From Akkermansiaceae bacterium (GTDB lineage: Bacteria; Verrucomicrobiota; Verrucomicrobiia; Verrucomicrobiales; Akkermansiaceae), in NCBI GenBank assembly GCA_051251915.1, contig JBPOGF010000017.1, forward strand, positions 39,863-103,862: a stretch of DNA of 64,000 nucleotides, given 5' to 3'. This document shows, in pieces, positions 51,104-58,939 of this stretch. The notes beneath the pieces are model-generated. The model did no database searches, was not told where the DNA came from, and saw nothing but the letters and a program-made list of their open reading frames with translations. The number at the start of each line of letters is the position of its first letter. Within the stretch, counting starts at the first letter, position 1. Made by a program: the position numbers and the translations under genes.

Positions 51104-51133
51104 AACCATAAAGTCTTCTTAGATACATTTTTC

Positions 51134-51168
51134 AAAAGCCTGAGGTATTCATGTACTTCAGGCTTTTT
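51134..51168 (+). terminator. Rho-independent terminator after bioB
   Basis: AAAAGCCTGAGGTA-TTCATG-TACTTCAGGC followed by TTTTT. Confidence 0.8.
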
Positions 51169-51441
51169 ATTAACGAGTAGAGATGAATGAACCTCATGAC
51201 ATTGATCTAACAAAATATGTTATTTGAGATTGTGACATGAGGGAGATCATTATTATGTATTGTTCTGAATTCTAGAACGGTAATTTAAGATCAAATATCT
51301 GGGAGTAACTTTCATAAGCTAGCTTCTTAGATTAAGATAATGAAAGATTACGTTGTAATATAATTTCCATAAAGTGCTTCTATGTGAAGCTATGAGAGGG
51401 ATCTTACCCAGTGGAACAACCAAAAATACAAAATAGAAAAA

Positions 51442-52035
51442 ATGATCAAATCATTAAAGAAAAATTGGATCCTGCCAGCCATGAGTTGTGTAGCGATAGG
51501 AATGTCAAATCAAAGCATGGCAACAGTAGTTGTGTTGTTTGAAGAGATCGATCTAGGCGGTGGAGCTACAGATGTCAAAGCTACATGGACCGGGCAACTT
51601 GAACTAGGTGACGAAGTAGGTAATAGGGCACAAGCTAGCACGTTACTTTACGCAGATCAGCGCGGAATAGCTGCTTTGACTACCGGGGTAACTTACTCTA
51701 TTTATGTAGGTGGTTCTACTAATACTGGTCTGACCTATGGGACTGGAGCTTTTACATCAACAGGAGATTTGAGTTTAGGCTTCTATGATAGTGAAGTTTA
51801 TTACGATGGGGATGTTGTAGCCGAGATAGATTTCGATGTTAATCCATACTCAGTTACTATTCTTGGTGAATCGTTAGCAAGTCTGAATGCTGAATCTTTT
51901 AATGATACTTTGGCATACACCATGAGGTCTGGAGATACTATTAGTTATACCACGGTATCGAGTGTACCAGAGCCTTCTTCTACCTTCCTTGTCTCACTAG
52001 GGGCAATAGGGTGCGTTTTAAGACGTAGACGTTAG
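51442..52035 (+). CDS. PEP-CTERM sorting-domain surface protein
   Basis: Signal peptide; C-terminal VPEPSSTFLVSLGAIGCVLRRRR. Confidence 0.9.
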   Translation: MIKSLKKNWILPAMSCVAIGMSNQSMATVVVLFEEIDLGGGATDVKATWTGQLELGDEVGNRAQASTLLYADQRGIAALTTGVTYSIYVGGSTNTGLTYGTGAFTSTGDLSLGFYDSEVYYDGDVVAEIDFDVNPYSVTILGESLASLNAESFNDTLAYTMRSGDTISYTTVSSVPEPSSTFLVSLGAIGCVLRRRR

Positions 52036-52050
52036 TTGTAAACAATAATC

Positions 52051-52086
52051 GAAAAAGCGTGAAGCGTTGAAGCTGCATGCTTTTTC
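52051..52086. terminator. Bidirectional terminator between convergent genes
   Basis: GAAAAAGCGTG...CATGCTTTTTC imperfect stem with A/T tracts on both sides. Confidence 0.6.
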
Positions 52087-52106
52087 TATTATTGAAATAA
52101 CTAAGG

Positions 52107-52835
52107 TTACTCTACAATTGACACAGGTGTCAGCAGCTTCACCTTGGAATAGATGATAGGCATGATGTGAGATTGGCCACGGATGCAAGCATGTGACGCA
52201 GGGTAGCGAGGCACATTTCCTACATGCATGCCAATACCAGACCAAGTGAGCCGCATCCAATACGGCATTGCCGCGCCGATATACTCTCCGCCTTCAGGGA
52301 TTTCCCCCTTATCGCTGGGCATATTAGCATTACTCTTCACTACATTACCGGCTGCATCATAGATTTTACCGTATTCATTAGAGTGCTTATCTACGATCAT
52401 TTCTCTAATCTTGTATTCGCCCGCGGGCGTCGGATAGTTTGCGGTGCCCGTGGACACTGCGTAATCAATAGCAACTTCATCTCCATTCATGAGCTGTGCA
52501 CGTTGAGTAGTCAGAGAAACCACGATTCTGGAATTATCAGGATTAGTGCGTTCGAGAACTTCGTAATCCTTAAAATTTTCTTTAGTTTTTAAGTAGTCCT
52601 GTCTTGCCCTAAAGTGCTCATATGTTCCCACTGGGTATGGGTTTTTAAACACACTCTGCTGTTGAATTGGCTGTTCTGCTCGCACTGGTGGTGGAGCAAC
52701 ACAACTGGTTATTAGGACTATAGCTCCAAGACAAATTACCGCGGCTAGTTTCCTGAACACGGTTTGTCTAGGTTCGGAATATGCTCTTGATAAAAGGGGC
52801 TGATGGAGATTGATGGCGGGTGATTTAAGTGGCAT
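52107..52835 (-). CDS. L,D-transpeptidase (YkuD) lipoprotein
   Basis: ITSC lipobox; VSTG...TPAGEY, MPYWMRL, GMH.G...ASHACIR; start may lie downstream. Confidence 0.88.
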   Translation of the reverse strand: MPLKSPAINLHQPLLSRAYSEPRQTVFRKLAAVICLGAIVLITSCVAPPPVRAEQPIQQQSVFKNPYPVGTYEHFRARQDYLKTKENFKDYEVLERTNPDNSRIVVSLTTQRAQLMNGDEVAIDYAVSTGTANYPTPAGEYKIREMIVDKHSNEYGKIYDAAGNVVKSNANMPSDKGEIPEGGEYIGAAMPYWMRLTWSGIGMHVGNVPRYPASHACIRGQSHIMPIIYSKVKLLTPVSIVE

Positions 52836-52937
52836 CTATAGTTGAAAGTTGAGTTGAGTATCTTCTTATTGAGGTTAACCGTAGCATAGATCTAGGAATA
52901 TTCAGCCCAGAAACAGTTTTTCTTCTATTGTCAGTAG

Positions 52938-53126
52938 TTACTTTCTAGTTGCTCGCTTTCGTACAAGCTCTTCGCGTTTCGCCAGCATTTTCTTCTTCTG
53001 TTTCTCACTCATCAAATTACACCCACAAGTCCCACAGCACGCAGAGCGTTGTAATGCCCGATACGCCCGCCAAAGCAAAAACGCAATGGCGATCACAATC
53101 GCGGAGATAATAAGAAATGTCTGCAT
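52938..53126 (-). CDS. Small Cys-rich membrane protein (resembles FeoB-associated family)
   Basis: N-terminal TM followed by basic residues and CCGTCGC. Confidence 0.55.
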   Translation of the reverse strand: MQTFLIISAIVIAIAFLLWRAYRALQRSACCGTCGCNLMSEKQKKKMLAKREELVRKRATRK

Positions 53127-53190
53127 ACTCAGTAAACCTTACCTCAACACTAACACCGAAAACTCTACGGTCAAGATCGACCAAGTTGCT

Positions 53191-54078
53191 TCATATCTCC
53201 TCATTATCTGTAGATTTTATAGCCAGTCGCCGCTCACGCATCAGCTCCGCCGCATACTCAGCTCCAAACAAGAACGCCTGCATTGCGAAGTAGATCCAAA
53301 ATAAAACCAACACCAAGGTAAGTGCGGAACCATAGAAACTTCCCACATTTGCATGGTTCAAAACTAAGGCTAAAACCCGTTTCAGTAAGATCAGTAACAA
53401 CGCGCTAATTACCCCACCTTTGAGCGCCACTTTGAAAGTAGGTGGCCGCTCGGGTAACCAGCGCATAGCGATAGCTGCCATAAATACCATAGCTACGAAA
53501 GTCAGCAATGGAGCCACCACCTGAGTCAACCACTGCACAATAGGAGTACTATCCACCGCACTCAAAAGCACACCTAGCATTGTCTCCACCACCACTGCGC
53601 TAGCTATAAATATTCCTAAGAATAACAACAGTATCACCGCCACTCCACGGTTCATTAGTTTCTCCATAGCTCGCTTCTTCTTTTTGCGCTCACTTTGCCC
53701 AAAGATTAACCCCAAACATTTCCTCAGTTCAGCCAATACTTTAGTGGCTGCATACAATAGAAACAAGGCACCTAAAACAGGGGAAAAACCACTACCAAAC
53801 CACCTAATATTCTTCCCTAACAGATCTGCAAAATAATTAGCAACACTACTCCCTGCGATGCTACTAGTTCCTTCTAGTAAACTACGTTTAGCCGTCTCCT
53901 CATCCACCAACCAAGCTGCTACAGAAATCCCTGTGATCAAGATAGGGACTAGTGAGATCAATGAGTAGAAGGCAAGCGAAGCCGCCGTGTCTGCATGCTC
54001 ATGCTTCCACCACCTGCTCCAGCAACGCTTCAATCTCAACCCGCTAGTAACTGCTAAGTCCCTAATGTTACCTACCAT
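53191..54078 (-). CDS. YihY/BrkB family membrane protein
   Basis: AASLAFYSLISLVP, YGSA, LFWIY...FLFGAE. Confidence 0.9.
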   Translation of the reverse strand: MVGNIRDLAVTSGLRLKRCWSRWWKHEHADTAASLAFYSLISLVPILITGISVAAWLVDEETAKRSLLEGTSSIAGSSVANYFADLLGKNIRWFGSGFSPVLGALFLLYAATKVLAELRKCLGLIFGQSERKKKKRAMEKLMNRGVAVILLLFLGIFIASAVVVETMLGVLLSAVDSTPIVQWLTQVVAPLLTFVAMVFMAAIAMRWLPERPPTFKVALKGGVISALLLILLKRVLALVLNHANVGSFYGSALTLVLVLFWIYFAMQAFLFGAEYAAELMRERRLAIKSTDNEEI

Positions 54079-54089
54079 AAAAATAACTC

Positions 54090-54116
54090 TATCAAAAACT
54101 TACCTCTAGCCAATGT
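54090..54116 (+). repeat. 27-bp direct repeat (left), containing the 13-mer, flanking the HMGR cluster
   Basis: TATCAAAAACTTACCTCTAGCCAATGT; 24/27 identical to 63697-63723. Confidence 0.75.
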
Positions 54117-54132
54117 AAAAGATGCAAGTCGC

Positions 54133-55620
54133 TTAATTCAAGCTTTCTAACTTTTTAGAGAGAGCAGGGTAGTCCACCTTAGCATTGTGACGCTTATCCA
54201 TGGGGATTGTGTCCAGTTGGATGAACTCTAGAAAGTCATACTCTGGAAAATCTAACTTCACTGTTTCTAGTTCTCCAGAACCAAGTTCCAAGCAGATTAA
54301 ACTGTGCTCACCATGTTGCACCACAGCACAACGTCGCACCGAACTATAATGCATCACCGCACACTCAATCCCGAACGGATACACCACTCGCTGCCCGATT
54401 TTAAAAACAGCCGACTCGCGGCCCATCAGCCAAAGCCGATCCCTATCATCCAAGTAGCCCGTGTCTCCTGTTAGATGCCAAATATCGCCATCAAGTTTCA
54501 GCTTCGTTTCCTCATCACCTTTCCCGTTCAAATAGCCCTTAAGAACATGATCTCCAGTCACGGCGATCTGCCCCACCTGATCATCGCTCATTTGATAAAT
54601 CATCACTTTTGCCGCTGAGACAGGCTTACCCACCAGTAAACCCCTGCCAGATTTCATCGCCTTATGGTCAGACTCACTAACCTCATCCCAAGCAATGTGC
54701 GAGATAGGTTCCGCCTCAGTGGAGCCATAAACAGTCACAACTTTTAGTTCGGGATGATCCCGTTGAATCGCATCTAACAAGTGTGGGAAAACAGGCGCTC
54801 CGCCTGTGTAAATAGTTAGAAATGGAGGTAAGTTTTTGTCTAGATAGAGCTTATTGAAAAATGCTGGTGATGCGGCACATCGAGTTACCTTATGAGTCAC
54901 ACATTGCAGATCAATCGCCTTAGAGTCAGCCATGGAAGGAAACCGTAAATCCGTATTCGCTATCACCGATGTCATACCAGATGCCAGATTAGCAATCGCA
55001 AAAATGGGCAGCGTGATCAAGTCCACATCTCCTTCCTTAAAGTCTAGTGCTTCTGAGAGAGCTTCGTGTTGAGCAATAAGAAATCCATGAGTTCTACAAG
55101 CTGCCTTAGGCATCCCCGTGCTACCACTGGTAAATGTGATGAGCGCTGGAGCCTCCACAGCTACTTTTACAGGATCAGGTAGGGGAGAGGTAGTATCAGT
55201 TGGTAACTTCCATTTGGTGCTTCCAGGAATCCATCCACTGGTATGAAACTTCTTTTTGATCTTACGCACTCCTCCCAGAGTTAGACGTAGTAAATGGGCC
55301 TTAGGAATACCGATTAATCCATCGGGTTGACGTAAACTAAGGCTATTTTGCATCATCTCTTTTCCTGCTGATGGATCAATAAACATCACCACCATCCCTG
55401 CATTTAAGACCGCGAGCAGTTGGATGTAGAGATCTATAGAAATGGGTTGTAGAATTAAAACGCAATCTCCTTTTTGTAAGCCAGACTTACGAAGTAACTG
55501 AGAACCAGCCTGAACCTGAGTATAAAGATCCCGATAATTAATGTCCCTCCCATCCTCGATGAGAGCGATCCTGTCTGGATGTTCTGCTGCACGTTCCGCA
55601 AGTTGGTTTACTAAGTTCAT
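54133..55620 (-). CDS. ANL-superfamily AMP-dependent ligase, OleC-like
   Basis: ITFTSGSTGMPK, YGSTEAEP, HLTGDTG, C-terminal MDKRHNAKVDY. Confidence 0.88.
   Translation of the reverse strand: MNLVNQLAERAAEHPDRIALIEDGRDINYRDLYTQVQAGSQLLRKSGLQKGDCVLILQPISIDLYIQLLAVLNAGMVVMFIDPSAGKEMMQNSLSLRQPDGLIGIPKAHLLRLTLGGVRKIKKKFHTSGWIPGSTKWKLPTDTTSPLPDPVKVAVEAPALITFTSGSTGMPKAACRTHGFLIAQHEALSEALDFKEGDVDLITLPIFAIANLASGMTSVIANTDLRFPSMADSKAIDLQCVTHKVTRCAASPAFFNKLYLDKNLPPFLTIYTGGAPVFPHLLDAIQRDHPELKVVTVYGSTEAEPISHIAWDEVSESDHKAMKSGRGLLVGKPVSAAKVMIYQMSDDQVGQIAVTGDHVLKGYLNGKGDEETKLKLDGDIWHLTGDTGYLDDRDRLWLMGRESAVFKIGQRVVYPFGIECAVMHYSSVRRCAVVQHGEHSLICLELGSGELETVKLDFPEYDFLEFIQLDTIPMDKRHNAKVDYPALSKKLESLN
54825..54837 (-). 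repeat. Dispersed 13-mer AAAAACTTACCTC (copy in CDS, reverse)
   Basis: GAGGTAAGTTTTT on plus strand; encodes KNLP on minus strand. Confidence 0.8.
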
Positions 55621-55624
55621 TATC

Positions 55625-56536
55625 TTATTTAATGCTCATAAGCCCATAGGTTCTGAATTTCTTGGCGTTAAACCGCTGGCTAATTCGAAGTGAAGAATTA
55701 CTCTCGTATTGTAAGGCATGGATAGCCTCAGTGTAGCCTTTTTCCTTAGCTCGCTGCTGAGCCCTAGCCACTAATAATGAGCCTAAGCCTGCGGCGCGAT
55801 GCTCAGGGCAGGTTGCCAGTGTTTTTACGATCAAGGTCCTTGGGTAAGCATCCGGTAAGCAGAACAAAAATCCGATCAATCGTTCATCCTGAAATGCAAG
55901 TAAAACAAACTCGGGGTCAACATTAGCCTTAGCTGTTAGGTAAGCGTGCATGAATGCCGGTTTAGGGAGCGGTGTGTAGAGAAAATTGTTAGAAAAGGCT
56001 GCAATGCTAAGCTCGTAAATTCTATCCAGATCATCCTCAAAATCAGCCATATTAATAGTTCGGATCTCCACGCCTTTCCGCTGCACAATGTTCTCAATTT
56101 TATCAAAACTAGGCTGCTCAAGTTCAAGGTCTATTGCCGAAGAGGAATAACGTGAAAGTATCTCAAACCCCGCGCTCTGGAATACCTCTAACAATGACTC
56201 TGGTTCCATAGGTTCCATCATGAAAGGAGCGCGTTGATTGGTTTCTAGAATCAATCGATGCTTCATCCAGGTGTTGCCATTCATAGGCCCAAGAATAAGT
56301 CTTCCTGAGTGATTTTTTCTGATGTGATCAACACACTCGTTAAGGAAGTTAACTGCCGATTCTCCTTCTAGTAAACAGGCTCCAATCGCAACAGATTTTA
56401 TTCCTTCATACTCAGGAGTATTCTCCGTCCAGACAGCTATCTGCATGTCATCACGTGCCAGAAGGTAGCAGGATCCTTGTGCGAATATTGATTTCTGAGA
56501 ATCTGTTAGGTCAGATGTTGGGGTAATAATATGCAT
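55625..56536 (-). CDS. GNAT family acyltransferase (tandem GNAT-like)
   Basis: GPMNGNTW; acetyl-CoA motif A PEHRAAGLGSLL. Confidence 0.8.
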   Translation of the reverse strand: MHIITPTSDLTDSQKSIFAQGSCYLLARDDMQIAVWTENTPEYEGIKSVAIGACLLEGESAVNFLNECVDHIRKNHSGRLILGPMNGNTWMKHRLILETNQRAPFMMEPMEPESLLEVFQSAGFEILSRYSSSAIDLELEQPSFDKIENIVQRKGVEIRTINMADFEDDLDRIYELSIAAFSNNFLYTPLPKPAFMHAYLTAKANVDPEFVLLAFQDERLIGFLFCLPDAYPRTLIVKTLATCPEHRAAGLGSLLVARAQQRAKEKGYTEAIHALQYESNSSLRISQRFNAKKFRTYGLMSIK

Positions 56537-57848
56537 GACAATAATAAAGGATGCTGGTGCTCACACCAGTGATGATACAGAGGCTAACCCAGTCATTCAA
56601 TACAGGAACTCCGGAGCTGCGAAGTTGGTAGAAAATGAAAGAACAGAGGCCGCTGAGAATGATGGTGCCTGAGAGTATGAAGATGAAACTCGGTGGTGCT
56701 AATAGTGGGTAGCAAATACTTACCGTGACTATTGACATAATGACGCTTTTCAATAGGCAGCGGTGCGTGATTGACCCGTGAGTAAGGAATTTATGTGTTC
56801 CCGCGTGGAGCATTCCGATGGTGATCGCCAGTGATACGATAAAAAATGACCGGCCAATATTCTCTGGAATGATGTGATGTTTACCAAGGGTCAACCAAGT
56901 CAGAGCCGGTATAGAAATAGCCAGGATAGTATCAATAGAATGCGTGTGGCGTTGTTCGGAAGGGATTTTCTGAATTGCCAAAAGGTGGCGAGAGAAGATC
57001 ATTAAACAAGCGATTAAGCAGATAGATCCGCCCAGCATTAATGAAACAAAGCACAGCAACGCTGCTGTCAGGAGAGCTCCTCCATTGAGCTCATGTTTCT
57101 TTCGTGTCCAGATCAGTAACAGCATCAAAGCAGCCATGATCATCACACGCAACCAGAGTGATTGGGTTGACATCTCAATGTAGTAATCGAGCAGGAAATA
57201 ACTACCAATAGGGATGAGCAGATTATCCATACCCATGCCTGAAATGCCCTCAACAGCAGTGATGAAAAGTGTCACCGTAAGAGAGATGAAAGTGATGTGA
57301 ATGGCCGTAAGGTCAGTGAAGAAAAATAGTGGCAAGAAGGTGCATGCATATGCAGTGAAGAAAAATGCGATAGAGCCTTCCACACTCTTTTTTCCAGAGG
57401 CTGTTTGATAGATCAGTTTGCCAAACCGAGTGCCAGCTATAGCACCAACAGTATCAGCCAAGGTTAAGAGCAGGAGGGGAATGGTGTAGAAAACTGCGGA
57501 CTGCTGGTCATTGACTAGATACATAGCGAACAGCCACGCTACAGCCATTGGGAAAATGAGTTCTCCCACAGATAGTCGTTTCACAGAGAATAATGATGCT
57601 CCTAGACTTGTTCTTAATCGAGTGATCCGAATCAAGAAGATGCTAAACACGGCAATCATAGCCAAGATCACAACAGGGAACGAGGAGTCAAATAACCATG
57701 GGAATGAAATGCAGATCATGCCCATGCCAACGTGAACTAGTTTCCTAGCACTTTCACCACTGAGTCTATCCTTATTCACCAACATTGCCGACAAGCCCAG
57801 AAGTAGAGCGAGGGTGACGAGGACGATAGTGATGGGTAGTATGTGCAT
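56511..57848 (-). CDS. Phytol/dolichol-kinase-like (CTP-dependent) polytopic membrane protein with extra TM half
   Basis: ARKLVHVGMG, LADTVGAIAGTRFGK, KKSVEGSIAFF, GMDNLLIP. Confidence 0.8.
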   Translation of the reverse strand: MHILPITIVLVTLALLLGLSAMLVNKDRLSGESARKLVHVGMGMICISFPWLFDSSFPVVILAMIAVFSIFLIRITRLRTSLGASLFSVKRLSVGELIFPMAVAWLFAMYLVNDQQSAVFYTIPLLLLTLADTVGAIAGTRFGKLIYQTASGKKSVEGSIAFFFTAYACTFLPLFFFTDLTAIHITFISLTVTLFITAVEGISGMGMDNLLIPIGSYFLLDYYIEMSTQSLWLRVMIMAALMLLLIWTRKKHELNGGALLTAALLCFVSLMLGGSICLIACLMIFSRHLLAIQKIPSEQRHTHSIDTILAISIPALTWLTLGKHHIIPENIGRSFFIVSLAITIGMLHAGTHKFLTHGSITHRCLLKSVIMSIVTVSICYPLLAPPSFIFILSGTIILSGLCSFIFYQLRSSGVPVLNDWVSLCIITGVSTSILYYCHAYYYPNI

Positions 57849-57850
57849 CG

Positions 57851-58939
57851 TTAGTTAGAAATAACCTCCTCGACTATGAACTTAGAATAAAAGAAAGCTT
57901 TGTCTTGCAGGAATAGCTCTTCTGAAAGCTGTGTGAGTGGATTTATCTTGTGATGAAGTGAGCTGTTAGATGCACGCGGGGCTAGCATGTTCCAATAGAC
58001 AATGCGTGCTTTTGGGTGACTGCCGTGATGGATGTTTTCTAATAGCTTTTGTGTGTTCTCGTCAGACATGTATTCAAAAATATCGCTCAGGTTATAAGCG
58101 TCAAATTTCTGGTTTGTTAGAGCGGATTCTAATGTGCCCTCAATAATCGTAATTCTATCGATGTTGTTGCGGATCTTCACAAAGTTTTCTTCTCTTAAAG
58201 CATGGGGGAGGGAGCTTCCGTAGTTTCCATTGAGTATCCATCTGAGGTAAGGATTTTCTGAAGGATTGAGCTCCACTAGGGCGTGTTTAGCTCGTGTCAA
58301 AATACGATCTGCCACGGAACCTTCCACATACTTGAAGAACGAAGGATCGCGCCCGAGCCTTCCCATGACGAACCTGGAGAAGAAGATCTTGAAGAGTAGT
58401 CTCCAGCGCCAAGTATTCCACTTCTTCTCATAGAATTCTTCTCGCTCCTCACGTGATCGAGATTCTAACAATTGCGAGATAGTCTTGCGCGAATGAACCC
58501 AAGGAAGAGCTTTTTCACGGAACAGGCGGAAGTAGTTTTCAAATTTACCTACTCGGCCAAATCCAGCTTTAATATGCTCAGAGAAATGTTCCCAGTAGGC
58601 TGTTGTTCCGGCATCGAGTTCCTTTTTGCATTGATCAAATAAGGTCACGCGGTCTCCCTCAAGTTCACCTAGAAGGATCAAAAACTCCTCATGAGTTAAA
58701 GTTTTATATGCGGCAACGCGCAGTTTGATACAAGCGATCTGGGCTGGATTCATCTCAGCAATGGTGACATGACTAGCTCCTTCAGCTAGCATTGAGAATG
58801 AGTTGTCGCCAGCCGAACCGATGCTTAGGCAATGCCTGCCATTTGGTTGCATTGCCTGCATGAGGATGTCTGCATCTTCCCAGCAGTTAGCGTATCTCAC
58901 CGCATTAAATTCTGCGTGATCTTGGATTTCAGTCTTCAT
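57851..58939 (-). CDS. DUF3419/BtaA-like SAM-dependent (aminocarboxypropyl) transferase
   Basis: YANCWEDAD, SIGSAGDN, EMNPAQ, LSDIFEYMS. Confidence 0.82.
   Translation of the reverse strand: MKTEIQDHAEFNAVRYANCWEDADILMQAMQPNGRHCLSIGSAGDNSFSMLAEGASHVTIAEMNPAQIACIKLRVAAYKTLTHEEFLILLGELEGDRVTLFDQCKKELDAGTTAYWEHFSEHIKAGFGRVGKFENYFRLFREKALPWVHSRKTISQLLESRSREEREEFYEKKWNTWRWRLLFKIFFSRFVMGRLGRDPSFFKYVEGSVADRILTRAKHALVELNPSENPYLRWILNGNYGSSLPHALREENFVKIRNNIDRITIIEGTLESALTNQKFDAYNLSDIFEYMSDENTQKLLENIHHGSHPKARIVYWNMLAPRASNSSLHHKINPLTQLSEELFLQDKAFFYSKFIVEEVISN

Noticed and set aside
51205..51232. dif-like arm ATCTAACAAAA (similar weak candidates near 29745 and 45405)
   Set aside because: Only one arm resembles XerD; there is no matching XerC arm at 6-bp spacing.
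54133..55620. Olefin (oleABCD) biosynthesis locus
   Set aside because: Only an OleC-like ligase is present; there is no OleA thiolase, OleB or OleD in the window.
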